Source: Chlorokybus atmophyticus
Taxonomy: Eukaryota; Plantae; Mesostigma and Chlorokybus algae
Assembly: GCA_009103225.1 (NCBI GenBank)
Contig: RHPI01002568.1
Location: 605,729 to 655,237, forward strand
Direction of reading: 5' to 3'
Length of the DNA: 49,509 nucleotides
In this document: one piece after another, positions 23,502-40,274 of the stretch
Position numbering within the stretch: position 1 is the first letter of the stretch
Layout: each line of letters opens with the position of its first letter
Notes under the pieces: generated by a model
Told to the model about the DNA's origin: nothing
Databases searched by the model: none
Seen by the model: only the letters and a program-made list of their open reading frames with translations
Made by a program: the position numbers and the translations under genes

Positions 23502-25103
23502 NGGGGGGGGTTAAGGGGAGTGTTTTTTGGCCAGAGAGAGAAATTGCCAGTTTCAAATTGGGTCTCGAGTTGTTGTGTGTGGAGGGAAACTTCAGAGAGG
23601 GTTCGTGTTGGTCGACTGGTATTACGGATCTCTCAGAATGGCCCCCACACAGGCAGGATTTTTGGTAGTATATATGGTACCAGATATGGTTGACAAGATT
23701 CTCTTTCGTGTTACGAGTGATAATAAGTGCGCACTGACGAAGTATTAGACGCAGGAGCATGATGTGCGCATTTCAGTTGGTCTATATAGCACACAAAAAG
23801 AAAGGAAGCCGGAGTATGCGTCTGCTTCGGGATCATCGAACCCACACAGCGCCCATACGGTTTTCGCCACTTGCCACCCTTAAAGTGTTGACAAGACAGC
23901 TCTGTGTAAGTGTGTGTCTGTGTGACTAGGCCGCAGTGGAATAGGTGACCTATTATAGGTCACTGTGATTGACGTCTTCTGACGACCAAATAACGGAAGA
24001 GAATCTGATTCACAGACACAGTCAGAAAATGCAGAGGCAGAAAACCCATCAGGTGCCCTCTACACCACAGCCTAATGTTGGGTGCTAACCAATAATCAGT
24101 TCACCATTGACCAGGTAAATAAGGGTAACAAGTATCAAAGGACAGCAAAGGTTAACGGGTTAGCAGTTTACGCTTGATCACGTTTGATTACGCTAAGTTA
24201 CGACAATTACGTTCATATACGAGGTTGAGATACAGCTTGAGTTACGACATATGAATCTGTATCTGGCGCCTTATAATGTGAGTTGTAAGATCTCTTTATG
24301 ATACAATGTCGATCCTTTATGCTTATGTACGGCACGATTACATGTGGTATATGTTTTTACTTGCATCCATATACATATAATTATACATACAGACAAAGAC
24401 TATGTATACATGAAGAGGTTTATAAATAGGTTATATATATGTATATAATACATCATGGTATATTATACGCATGACATAATAAACATTTAGGTACTTGTGA
24501 GATCAACATGTTCAAGGATGATGATGTATATGTACATACAAGTTGAGTAAGTATATGTATTGTGTGTACACAAATTACTGCAAGTAAAGATTTGAGTTGT
24601 AGAAATCATTGTCGCGTATGTAAAGCAAAATCTCTTTACATGTCTACAGTTTATTTACAATGGGTCACTTGTACAAACACTGTAAGGAAGTACGGATATG
24701 TCTGCACATAACATGATTATTAAGTTCATGTCATACACCCTATATATTATGCAATAACATGGTCATTTGTGCGAAATGAAGTTGCTTGAAACCATTAACT
24801 TGCACGACAGCTGCAAAGACCTCATAAAGAGCTATCGTTTGCGCCTACTTTCATCTAAAACTGTGAGCTTATGCGAGATTAACCTGGCGTTAACATTAAC
24901 ATCAACCTGTTAACCAGTAACCACTAACCGGCCCCTGAAGGTGGTTAATGGCCAACACTACCACATCCTACTGCCGAAGAGTACATGTAGTGTTGGAAAG
25001 ACTCAGTGTCTGTGTGTGTGTTTGTGTTTTGGATAAGGGGTTGTGTTGGCGGCTTTGAGTTGTGGAAGGAGGAGGTTTGTGTGTGTGAGTTGTGCAGTGA
25101 GCC

Positions 25104-25711
25104 ATGCAGCAGCCACCGCCAGGAGGCTACCCACAAGGGGTGAGACTTGGTTGTGGCTGGAGTGTTCTCTCTCTCCTTCATTGTAATTGTCTGACTACTC
25201 TCATTCTTGCATCAAGTCTTCATCTCAATCTTGCTTGCCTGCAGTACGGGCAGCAAGGAGGCTACCCTCCTCAACAAGGGTATCCTCAACAAGGTTACCC
25301 ACCCCAGCAAGGTTACGCACCTCAGCAAGGTTACCCACCCCAGCAAGGTTACGCACCTCAGCAAGGTTACGCACCTCAGCAAGGTTACCCACCCCAGCAA
25401 GGCTACCCACCCCAGCAGTATGACCCCAACCACCCACCACCCGCAGGCTCTTACCCCCAGCAACAACACCAAGAAGGCAAGGGGATTCGTTCATCCAGTC
25501 ACCCACCCACCCACCCACCCACAGTTACACACTCACTCTCTGCTGATGTGACTTCTTGTTGTGTCTGTTGCACACAGGTCACCACATGCCGAGCATAGGC
25601 CAGGTGCTCAAGGCGCCCTTTGGCGGTGGACACAAGGAGGGGGAACAAGGCCAGCATGGCCAACATGGCAAGGGGAAGGGAGGAGGCCTCTTTCACCGCA
25701 AGCACAAGTGA
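25104..25711 (+). CDS. Small Pro/Gln/Gly/Tyr-rich protein with GYPPQQ repeats and a His/Lys/Gly-rich tail (3 exons)
   Basis: Exons 25104-25139, 25244-25476 and 25578-25711 splice in frame; 18-bp coding repeat GGTTACCCACCCCAGCAA; ends [14 protein letters not shown]. Confidence 0.7.
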
Positions 25712-26519
25712 AAAACGTGTCAGGGGACAGACAGGCACGCTGATGTGCGGAGCAGCTGTTTGTGTGTGATCTGTTGTGTTTTCTTTTGTTGTGTGGTCAT
25801 CTGTGTAGCAGCCGTGTGAAACATGGTTGGTCACAGATGACTTTGCAACCTTACTGCTGCTGCTGGACTGTCAGTTGTTGATGTGTTTTAGAACAGGTGG
25901 GCAGAATCTTGTACATACACATAACTCGCCCTCTTTTTGGTCACAATTCCTTGGCACTGGCCGCATCTGAGTGTACAATGAGAACGTGACTACTATCATT
26001 CAGTCTGCAATTCAACATCAGCATTGTGTGACATTGTTTGATGTTGTGGTTGTAGCATTTCTTGCTAATCAGACAGCCGCGTCATACATGCAACAAGGCA
26101 CAGGGTGTTTGCATAACTTCTTCTCTGTTGGAATCGCATGTATGTAAAAACAGGTTATGTTTCAACTTGGTGCGACTGTATGATCTTGACAAGGATGTCA
26201 CATGCATGGTGATGTGAGATTGTTATGGCTGAGCTCGCTGCCATCGAGCATTGTTTGCCAATGGAACAATACACCATACGTGCATGTAGACAATAGTAGT
26301 ATAGTGCAACAATACTGTCTTCGTATGTGTAATGGCAAAAGAAATGCTCTCTGTCCATCCAACATCAGTCCACGCAGAATCAAGGTGTGTCAATGTAACA
26401 TTGGCAACAGACAAGTAAATATTCATACCAACAATGTCACGTTGACCAGCCATGGTCATGACCAGCAGAAAAATGGTTTGCAGTTCACTGGACGGTTATT
26501 GCAGCCAATGTTCGCGGGA

Positions 26520-27427
26520 TTATAGTCGGCCTTCGGGTGCAGGCTCTGAAGGGATTTTGGGAGGCAATGTGCAACTGTCCAGCTTGCTTCTCACGGCACT
26601 CAACCCTGGACGACACATCATTTCGTGAGATATCTTACAGCTACGGACCATGACAGTCAGATTGATGCCATCATAAGCAACCAGCATTCATCCTCTTCCC
26701 CTTTTCAACAATGTTACACAGCGCGGTGATACAGTTGTGCCCACAGTGCATGCTCACTACACTGCCACAGTTTTCAGTTTGACTTCATTATCTATCAATC
26801 TTCAAACACAGGTGAGTCACACAAATGCACAGCATTGCATATTTTCTACACTCGAACACATTCAGGTTGCAATCAGGTGGCACTATGACTGGCACCATCC
26901 TCACTCCACATACCACGCACAATGCCCAACTTTACTGCTGTCGCTATCATTGCGTGCGAGTGTGCAATTTATGTGGCCAATTACATGAGGCCCATGACAT
27001 GTGGTGTCTGTGGTGTCATCTCTCTCACCTGGTGTGCGTGCGTAGTCGGGCTCGATGCCCCTCCCGTCGATGTCGCTGCGAGCGGGGGTAATGTACCGCC
27101 CGACCGTCAGCACCACGCCGGACCCGTCGCTCAGCTCGTACACCGACTGGATCAAGCCCTTGCCGTACGTGCGGCGGCCGACCTGCGAGGTAAGACATAG
27201 TTGTTGTGTGCGCATGCGAGCGCAGAAAGAAGTACATGTTGGCACCAGTACTGATATTGAGGGGAAGGGTAAGCGCAAACGCATACATACATGTATGTGT
27301 GTGTTAGCGCGTGTGTGCAAGCACATGCACACGCACGCGTGCACACGCGCACACGCACACGCACACACTCGTACACACACGTGCGCACAAGTTCATGCAT
27401 GCGTATCAGCGCGCGCACGCGCGCACG

Positions 27428-27499
<72 letters not shown>

Positions 27500-30400
27500 A
27501 ACTCCACGCACTCCTCTCCCACCCGCCCCCACCGCTCGCTCACACGTCCACGTACCAGCACCGCCCTGCAGTTGTCGTGCAGCGCCGCCGCGACGAGTTC
27601 CGACGCGGACGCGGTCCTCCCGTTGACGAGGACGACAAGCGGCGCTTTGGTGATGGCGGGGCCGCGCGCCGTCACGGACCGGGTGCGCGTCTCCGCGTTG
27701 TTGATGCGACCTCGGCCCTCCGTGTAGAGGACCGTGGCGTTTTCATCTAGAAAGAGGCGGGAGACTTCGATGCCGGCCTGCGGGGTGGACACATACGCGT
27801 GGTGAGATACATCCCACTTGCGTGCAAGGTGGCTTTGTGTCCCCACCGTCACATGTAGGTGGCCCTTAAGGATCTCGCACTGTGCGTATGTGCTGGTGCG
27901 TTTGTGTGTGCGCGTGCGTGCGCGTGCGTTGAGTTGTATCAACATGTGTATCGCGTGTCGAGTGTTGTACTTGCGTGATGGTGTGCGCACTTGCGTGCGT
28001 GCGCGCACGTACGTGTGAGGGCACGTGCGGGCACGGGTACGTGTGTGTGTGTGTGCGCATGTGTGCACATATATTGCAAGACAAACACACCTGCACCAAC
28101 CCGCCAGGATTATCCTGCAAATCCAGCACGAACGCCGTGGCTCCCCGCGCCCGCAAGTTCTCTATAGCTGCCAGGAATAAAAGAAACCCAACACATCACA
28201 CGTCGATCGTCACCCGCCCAAACCCACCCACCCACCCACCCACATTCCCAACGAGTCAGCACCTGTGTTAAACCCAACCTGCGGCCACTTCTCTCTGCGC
28301 CACGGCATTGAACTCCCGCAGCTTGACGTACCCCACGACCTCGCGGCCCTGACCGCGCTCCAGACGGGCAAACACGGGGGAGCGCACCTCCGCAGCGCGC
28401 TCGAGGGAAAAGGTCTTCACGTCCGCGTCGTCGCGGCGGACCTGCCAACAGCGGACAAATAACAAGCTTACCGCACTGAGGACTACAACAATAACAACAC
28501 TTGAATGTACACGTATGCACGCCCGCACACGCACGGGAATGCGTCTGCAGCAACACGCGCATACTGTATGCTCGTGATTGCAAGTTATACATGTGATTAC
28601 CAGTGCATACCAGTGCACACATGCAAGTACACACCTGTGTGTGCATGTGTTCAGAAGTCCAAGCACCATCAACAGGTGCCCGGCTAATTGCGTGTGCGTA
28701 CTTATGCGCATGTTGCAAATGTGCATGTTGACACGCTGTACCTTGGGGCACACATGCGTGCCAGAACCTAGGCTCTCTGCACACACGTCCACATATGCAC
28801 ACAGGCACCCATATCCCCACATACCCAACACACAACCCCCCACACCCCCACCACTCTCTCTCACCTCCAGTTCCACCCTGTTCCCCGTCGCCGACTGTAT
28901 GAGCGTGGACGCCTGGAAGGGGCTCATCCCCCGTACGCTGACGCCGTCGACGCGGAGGAGCTCGTCGCCCTGCTGGAGACCCGCGCGCTGGGAGGGGGAG
29001 CCCAGGACCAGTCCCAGGACGCGGAGGCCCTGGGGAGGGGTATGCGAGTGAGTTGGGTAGAAGGCGTTGAGGAGACAGTAAGCACGAGTTGTGGTAGACA
29101 CACGTGCGCACAGATGCATACGTGCACGCACGCACGCGCACGCACGGACGTGCGTGCGTGGTTGTGTGCGATGTCAATTGCGTGCGTGCGCACGCGTGCA
29201 CGCACGCACACACAGTTCAACAGCAGGCATGCGCGTGTCTCTGTTGAAACATGCGTGCGCGTGTGTCCAATCGTGTGCAAGCGCGAGCGCGCGCACACAC
29301 ACAGTTGAACCGCATGCTTGTGCGTGTCTCCGTGTGTGCGCGTGCAAGCGTGTGCGTATACGTGCACGTGCTATACTGGTTGACTGCGCGTGCAGGTGGG
29401 GACGTGCTAGTGCGCATGTGACGCAAACACCCCACACACACGCACCTTGCTCCCGTCATCTTCCCTACTCTCGCCGATGTTGAGCCCGACCCCCGTCAAG
29501 TCGTACTTGGCCAGCGCTGCAAATTGGCTCGGCGTGAGGAAGCGCGTGTACGGGTCTCCCAAGGACCGCAGCAGCGCGCTGCACACGCATGAGCACGCGT
29601 GAGCGCACGCATAGCAAGGAATGCTGACACGTATCTGCAGACAAATGAGCACGTGTGGTGCGTGTGCGTGTGCGTAGCGTGTACGCGTTCGTGTACATGC
29701 ACGTGCATGTGCATGTGTGCGCGTGAGCGTGCATGTGCGTGTACCTGCACTGCATATGTGCACGTGTGTGCAATTGCATGAACGCGCGAGCCTGAGCGCG
29801 CATGTGCATGAGCCTGAGTGTGTATGTGCGCATGTACATGTGCATGCAAGTGAACAGGAGTGCGAGTGTGCGCGTGAGCGTGCGCATGCGTGTGCGTGTG
29901 CGTGTGAGTGTCATCGCAAGTGCGCATAGACATGTTCATGCGCGTGTGCGCGCACGCGCGTGGCTTCTACCATCAACTCCACACACACTTCAAACCACCA
30001 CCCCACCACCACCCACCTTATGATACTATGCGCCCCCTCCGCGCTCCCCACTCCTCCCCCCTTCCCCCGCTCCAGCGCCTCCCCCAGCCGCCTCGCCCAC
30101 CCCTCCCGACTGAACCCGTGCCCCTTGGCGTCCAGGAAGTTCTCGTCCACCACGCGCCACGCCTCGCGCACAAGGGACTCGTGGGGGTCGTCGAGGGCGG
30201 GGGCGTCGACGGCGGGACTGGGCCTGGACGAAGTGAGTGTGGGACTGTTGGTTGTGTGTGTGTGGAGGAAGACCGGTCTGGTGCGGTGGTACGTGTGCGC
30301 GATGGTGACAGGTCGACCATAGCGTGGTATGCGGTTTTTGTTGGATGAGTTGTATACGCACACGCATGCATGCGTGCATGCGTGCATGTGGACACATGCA

Positions 30401-31308
30401 CGCATGAACGTGTACGCACGTGCGTGTGCAGACGCACACGTGCGTGTGCGTGATGCAGCATGCGAGAGTGCAGGTGCATGCGTGCAAAGTCCAGTGCTGC
30501 ACTCATCATATCCTCAACGTTACGACATCAACACAGATAACAACTTGCTTACTTGATGGTGGTTTCTGGGACTGTTGTTGCAGTGGGCGCCGGCGCATCA
30601 AGCACAGCTGCGACCGATGCGGCGGCTGGCAAAGGCAGCACGGCACTAGTCGGCAGCATCAAACACAAGCTGCACGCTGCTGAGACCAACGCTTGAACGG
30701 CTGCTGTTCGCCAAGCGGGAGTGTCTGATTGATTGTGTTCAGTTGCTTCATCATGCTTGAGCTGCCTTTGCCTCTCTCCCCGTCCTCCTTCACCTCCTCC
30801 TCCACCATCTCGTCCACCATCACCACCTCCATCTCCTCCTGCTGCAGCACTTCTTGTTGGGGTGCAGTGCACGCACGCACAACTGTAGTTGCTCACAAGC
30901 ATGCATGTGGCGTCGATTATGTTGTAGTGTAGGTAGTCCACTGCTACACTACTACAAATGACATGCAGTTGTAGAGAGAAAGGAGAGAAAAACCACACCT
31001 TGCTCCTCCTGCTGCGATGTGGAGGCGAGCCTGAAGGCGTCCTCTAACCTGGCATCCTCACGCCGCCTGTTACTGCTACTGCTACTGCTACTGCTATCGC
31101 TGCTGCTGCCTCCAGGCGGCGGCGGCGGCGGCGGCGTTGCGGCGCCGCGAGCAACAGCAGCACAGACGCTGGCAGCGAGCTGCTGCCTGTGGCTTTGGTG
31201 CTGCTTCGGCCGCCTTCTGCCATGTGCCAATGCGGGAGTAGCAGACTGCGGCACCAACACCTGCGCCTGCACCGCCGCCGTCGCCACGGACGGCAGGGCG
31301 CTCACCAT
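26520..31308 (-). CDS. ctpA: Plastid C-terminal processing peptidase (S41A, CTPA1-like), about 9 exons
   Basis: Transit peptide; LVREAWRVVDENFLD; SLGDPYTRFL; PDZ domain; GYVKLREFNA; DLQDNPGG; catalytic TASASE and TYGKG; ends PDYARTPG|LSAVRSKLDSC...*. Confidence 0.9.
27432..27497. repeat. (CA)n microsatellite, about 33 units, in a ctpA intron
   Basis: Pure CA run. Confidence 0.95.
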
Positions 31309-32113
31309 CAGGCTGGCGGCTGCTGCAAAATCTGCTAGTAAAGGCACAGCCAAGCTGCTATTGGGACTTCACAATTCAGAATTGCAAAGTAACGTCAGCT
31401 CTGGGGAGCAATTCAACCTCCTCGCTTTACCACGCCCGCCGCCGCCGCCACCGCCGCCGCCAAAGCGTTCGCGCACTGCTACTGCTTGTCTTTTTCGAAT
31501 CCGAGTGTCAACGTGAATGAATCCGAATGATAAGTTGACGTTGTCAACTTCATAGACGCTGAGCTTCAGAGACATTCACTGCTTCTTTGCGTTCATATAC
31601 TGAATGATTATTTGGACTGACAATTGAGGTTTCTTCAGTGGACAATAAATATTGTGGACAGCAGCATTGTGATGTGTGAGGTATGCGCAGTGACTGCCAA
31701 AGTTGTGACTACATCTATTAAAGTGAATCAGTGTGCAGAAAGCCAGCACCCGCCTGCCGTGGGCACTACTGCACACTGCTAGGGAGGCCTTTGCACTTGT
31801 CCGATCATAGAATAAGCTGTGCCATGCCTGCCAACCACTTTTGCATCATGATCGCCGACACACAGAAACCCTTGCTTTTTATCAATGTGGTACCCGCTTC
31901 TACACATATGAACACCATACTCTGCGACCAGTTTGTTCATGAATAGGCAGCGCGTTTCATGCGCGCATTGCACATGACTCTGTTGTTGCTCATGCTTGTA
32001 TTTGTGGTCAAGTTGTCAAGGTGCATGACAACTTCACAACAAGGTGCGCGGGTTAACATGCCAAAACAGAAGCGTGCGCACGACAAGCACACCCAAACTT
32101 GTGCCATCAAGGC

Positions 32114-34759
32114 TCATGGCTGCTGTTCTGATGCCGCTGACTTCATGAGAGCAGCGTACTCCTCATCGGTGGGCGCAAGCTGCACCGCATCAAACTTGTC
32201 CTCCTCATAGAACGTAGCCTTGACGACCCTTCCGCCAAAGAAGCGGCCGTCCAAGTCGACAAGCGCCTTCGTGGCCTCCTCCGCCCTTGAAAACTTCACG
32301 TAGATACGGACGGCTTCCGTTGCGGGATAATTGGGGTCTGTCACCTGTGGAATAACACAACAGAGTGACATAACAATTTTTTGCAGCTTGTGCGTTGCAA
32401 CCACATGATGGTGATGAGGTTGTGCACAATACTTCATGGTGTACCTCAAAGATGAGAACTCTGACCACGGTCCCGTATTTGGTGCACTCTTCAGCCACTT
32501 CACCCTCCAAGTCATCATCAACCTCTCCTGGGCCAACCTTCAAACAAGCACACACAACCCTTGGCATCAGTCAGCACAAACACACACCTGTGCAAACTGC
32601 GCGACGTCACTCGGGCTCTCGCTAGTTGAAGTATGCACTTGCATGTACACACGTTCATCTAAACAGTTAATGGGTATGCTGTCACACACACGCACACGCC
32701 CGCTCGCATGCGCAGTCACACACACCGCACTCACCATGTTGCGCAGGAGCAGCACAACAGTGGGCGGCATGTTGAACGTGACGCCGCCAACCTTTGGTTT
32801 CTTGGCAGAGGGAGGTGGAGGGCCAGGTAGAGGGGCGGCATTGACAATTACGCCGGACCGCCCAGCCGTTTTCTGATGCTGCAAAGGCGTCGCCATCCCC
32901 TGCCTGTTCTTGCCCAAACCCTCCCCATGCTGCCAACCCATCTTCTGCATCATCCGCTCTGCCATTGTCAACTGCACATACAGTTTGTGTAAGCTCACTT
33001 TGCATTGCAAGTATGACCAGTTGTGTGAGTAGCCACAGCAGTAGATTTGATGTGTTCACATGTCATGAGAGTCATCACACTTGGTACTTATGTGATGACA
33101 CATATGACGGCGCAACCACAACCACACACGACATGCCTTTGGCTCGCCATTGGATGCATCTGCACTCGGGCCCCTTTCGGCCCTTCCAGGTGTTGAGTCT
33201 TGCACGGGCGGGGGACTGGGCGAGCGGGGCGGAGGTGCTCGGCCGCTCAGCATGGCGCGGCGTTTCCATGCCTCCTCGCCACTTATGTTCAAGCTGCCAA
33301 CGGAAGAGTCATGCTGGTCACCCATCAAACAACATCATTCCAACATGCCAATGCACAGCTGATAGCTGTAGTAGCACCAGATATGCAATCGAGGACACTC
33401 TGAAAGATGCGCATGCGTGCTCGCACACACATACACACACACACAGCATAAGCCAAACCTTGCTCTACTGGGTTCTCTCTCTTCATCCCGCTTTTCTCGC
33501 ATGCGCTCCAACTCGCGCTCCATCTGTTCATGTCGCCTTCTCTCCTCTTCTCTTTGTCTGCCAACAGCAAACATGTATACACGCAATCCCATACACGACC
33601 AAGTCACTATTCTCGATTGCATTGCAAGCAGTAAGCAACTCACCTCCGCCCTTCCTGCTCTGCTTTTCGTCTGATAGCTCGCTCTCGGCAGTGCGCTTCA
33701 TAATCGTTGGGTCTGGCAGGATCATACTCGTCTTCTATCCGTTCACGCGCGGCCACAAGCGTCGCCGGCCGGTGATCAACTCCAGCATTGCGCGCAGCTG
33801 GAGTTGACTCATGCACTGCTGCTGTTGGTGTGCTGTGAACACGCAGAAGGCTAGTTGATGTTCTGCTGTTTACAATATATCATGTTCAAGGTGACAACTG
33901 TGCGGCTTAGTTGAAACGCGCACACCCCCGACGCGTGCAGACGCTCACCCACACACCCGCACATCCACACACTGACATGCGCTTGTGAGCATGCGCAAGT
34001 GCAAGTACCCACGCACCCACGCACGCACGCGCACACAGACAGCAGTACCTTGCTGCGGGCGTAACAGCGCTCTCTTTCTTGAGTATGCCCTTTACGGGAA
34101 TGCGAGGCCGTGGGGAGTTTGCGTTTAGTAGCTGCTGTGCGCGCAAGACTGCGGGCGGTGGCAGAAAGGAAGCTTTGCGCGGTGCCAATAGCTTTGACAC
34201 GCCTGCTGACCTGTTAGCCGCAAGTGACAATGAGCGTTTCGACAAAAATTATGTAACACATTGTTGTTTTCGTATACCCAAAAACAAAAGAATAGATTCA
34301 ACATGTACCACCGTTGGCTTGGCATACAAAAGTCAATGGCATGCTAGCACTATGACGGTCGAACGATCCGATCTTTTGCCCATAATAGTGATCTGGGTGT
34401 GCAATGCATTTTGCAACGACAACACCAACACCAACAACAACGACCAAACGACACAACCATGCAAGATGGAGGAGCGTTGCAGACTGCTTCACAAGCAGTG
34501 CCACACCTATGCGCTCAAGCAAAAGTTGGACAGCCAGCTTGCAGCTATGTTGTTGCTGATATGAATGGTAGAAAGCACTGGTGACATGCAATGGGCACAG
34601 CAAGCACTGCGACCACAAACAGCGTACAGCATGGTTCGAACCGCACCATCCTGCAGTCTTCTTGTCATCGGTGGCAGCGTCGGTGGCCGCAGCCGCAGCC
34701 GCCGCAGCAGTCTCTGCCGCTGACGGGGGCGGCAGATCGCCGTAGAGTCCCCCAAACAT
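32114..34759 (-). CDS. SPF45: Splicing factor 45 / DRT111 homologue (G-patch plus UHM)
   Basis: MFGGLYGDLPPP N-terminus; G-patch MAERMMQKMGWQHGEGLGKNRQG; UHM LLRNMV|GPGEVDDDLEGEVAEECTKYG...DGRFFGGRVVKATFY. Confidence 0.92.
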
Positions 34760-35138
34760 GCCGGCAGCGAACAGTAGCACACAGCCGCACAAGGCCAACA
34801 CCTAGCAAGTGGTTACTGAGCTTCCGGTCCACACTGCAAGCCTGAAGCGCAGTTGGTCCTCAACAAGTGACAGCATGTCACAGCTTGGTTTAGCTTCACG
34901 CATGAGCGTTGAGCATCAATCTTGGCCCAGCTTGCAGTTGAGCACCGCCAAGCAGCTTACTGCAGCTAAAATCAGCTTCGACCAGGTGAATGTGGTTGTA
35001 ACAAGCTATCGCAAGCTTGCCAAGCTTGCCGCAGCTTCAGCCAAGCCAACTGCAAGCGCACAATATCACAGCAGTTCAACTTTGTATTCAGCTTTGCGCC
35101 GGAGCTACACTTCGCAGACAATCTTCCGGCAGCGTTGG

Positions 35139-35147
35139 AAACCCTAA
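35139..35147 (+). promoter_or_regulatory. Telo-box-like motif AAACCCTAA upstream of dapL
   Basis: Exact 9-mer about 50 nt before the ATG, in the short divergent SPF45/dapL interval. Confidence 0.3.
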
Positions 35148-35198
35148 TCAGGCGGCAGCGGCGGCGGCGGCCCAGGAATATTGTGGAGGTGGGAACTA

Positions 35199-37980
<2,782 letters not shown>

Positions 37981-39021
37981 GGGGGGCTGTTTGGGATGTT
38001 GTAGTGGTATCAGATTGGTTGCGCGCAGTTCATACGAATTTTGGCACACTTTGCCTACGAATGTAACTAGTGTCATTTGTGAGTATTGGCTGGGGTATGT
38101 TGTGGCTATGGTGGCTACAATATGCGGTTGTACCTGCGGTACATGTAATATAGGTGACCTGCTGAATGATTGTTGTTGAGGAGCTTTATACATATCAATA
38201 GGAGGACATGCATGCAATTGAAGATTCAGGCACAGTGAACGCACAAACTTTACGTTATGTTACTCTACTCTCCTGGCTATGGACCGTTTGGCTGTAGATT
38301 GATAATATCAACTGCCCATGATGTGCTTTAGCCTACGCGGTGCAAATGCGTAGTTGTATGCAATCGGTGTGGTCAGGTATTATGACTGTGACAGTGTTTG
38401 AGGGTTGTGCATGTTAGAGTAGAGCTCAAGTAGATGTAGCATATAGCCTGACGGTGATAAAGCTGGTGTTGATGGTTGCATGCTGTGAGTGTGGACAATG
38501 ATGGTGCATTGGCGTAAAGGTACAAGCATGAGACAATAATTTACATATGCAACGCCATGCTAGCTTGCATAACTGCCTACCCAGTAAACAAGCATGTCAT
38601 CATGCGTATGTATAGTGTCGTTACAGCAGAAACCGCAATTATCACCACATAGGGCAGGCCTATAGGTTAAGGCGCCTGGCCAACAAGTCTTTCATGCGCT
38701 AAAGCAGGGGCGTGCAGCATGCCATCACATCATTACATGTTTGCGCTGCTCTGGCATTCTGTGCAAAGCCATGATGCACTGGACCACGCAATTACACAGA
38801 TGCACAGGCCCATTTATATTATAGTATACATGCAAACTCACAAGCCTGTATATATTTACATGTTGCACGTCCACTTCTCAGGGTGATGCTGAACGACTCT
38901 CTTGGATGTCGGCAACCACAGCGCTGCCTGTCCAGCACACATCCCTCCAACAAAACCACACCACAGACACAACCAGTTGCAACCCCCTGGCTAGTTCCGT
39001 CCTGTGCGTGTTGTTGACACC

Positions 39022-39648
39022 TCATTGGTAGCCCCGCTCGCGTTCTTCTCTCTTGTGCTTCTCCTTCTCGTGGTGCTCGATTTCGCCAACCGCCGCCGCT
39101 CCCACCAACGCCCCCATCACCATTTCACCCTTCGTGAGGTGATGGTGATGCCCAGCTGCGCGCAACAGACAAGTAGTGTGTGTAAGCAGAATACTGTAGG
39201 CAGAGAAATGGAGGTTGTGACTAGTGTGTGTATGTGTGTGTGCTTGGCCACAAGGTAAGGCAGGCCAGGTGTTGGCCGTGTATCTTGTGCTCCTTGCTGT
39301 TGTGCATGAAAAGTTGTGTTGCATGCACGCGTGCACAAAACATGCATGCAGGCAGGCAGGCAGGTGCCAAGGCCCTGACCTTGCGGAGGGTATTCTGCTG
39401 GGTAGCCACCTTGCGGAGGGGGTGGAGGGTAGGTAGCCTGCGGTGCATACCCGTATGGTGCAGGAGGCGGATACGTCCCCGGCTGTAGAGGATAGCCTCT
39501 CTCATCAACAACCTCCTCCTGCAAACGTTAGCTCTTACTCCTTACTCAAGCGTGCATGCATGCTTGAGTAAGGCCAACTCAATATCACCATAGGCGGTGC
39601 AGTGTAGCCTGGCGGGTAGTAGCCCTGAGGCGGACCGTAGGGCTGCAT
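39022..39648 (-). CDS. Small Pro/Tyr/Gly-rich protein with a GALVGAAAVG hydrophobic motif and His/Glu/Lys tail
   Basis: MQPYGPPQGYYPPGYTAPPM|EEVVDERGYP..EYPPQG|..|AGHHHHLTKGEMVMGALVGAAAVGEIEHHEKEKHKREERERGYQ*; middle exon uncertain. Confidence 0.6.
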
Positions 39649-40274
39649 GGCTGCTAGCTGGCCCTCTACGACATATGCTCATCCGTGTGCCAGGCATTGG
39701 TTTTATAGTGGCCGCCTGCGGCCTCGTCGCCTGACACACCACGTCAGTACTTGCTGTCAGTGTTGATGTGCACACAACAACAATGACACGTGCAGTGACA
39801 GGAGAGAACCAGTGCCTAAACTCAATGTATAAATATCGCAGTCATCATTCAAGTTCTACAAAGCATATAGTACGTGCACCTCACTGCTGCCCGACTGTGG
39901 CGCTTGCCTGCTGCATAGCAGTGCCACCCAGTCTGTACAGTTTTGGTTTGTACTACGGCATCAGCTAAGCGAATCAACTGTCTGGTGATGTCTGTAACGA
40001 GACGGCAGCGTGATGGTGTGGCGTACGGTGTAATCTACCCGAGCCGTGAACGTTTGTGTGACACAGTACTCAGTAGGTGCATTTCAATATCATCATTATT
40101 ATTTCTTGTTGCGCTTTGACCAGCGCGTGCACACAATGAGACATGTTTGCATGCATGTCGAAGTGTATATCAAGTCAAAGCACCAATGCAGCATGCACCA
40201 TCATTGGATGTGTGATACGTCATGCAATCATAACGTTAGACACGCCTACAGTCAACAAGTTGGGATTTTGTGTA

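Noticed and set aside
23283-23520. Poly-G tracts as telomere or G-quadruplex element
   Set aside because: The same (G)nTTAAGGGG sits on both sides of the N gap, suggesting overlapping contig ends; not a telomeric repeat array.
27055-30509. Many long overlapping ORFs rich in H/T/A/C/V/R
   Set aside because: Translations of CA/TG intron repeats that lack stop codons; the real exons belong to ctpA.
38005-38014. TGGTATCAGA resembling a tRNA-iMet primer-binding site
   Set aside because: Only 10 nt, in the dapL 3' UTR, with no adjacent LTR or gag.
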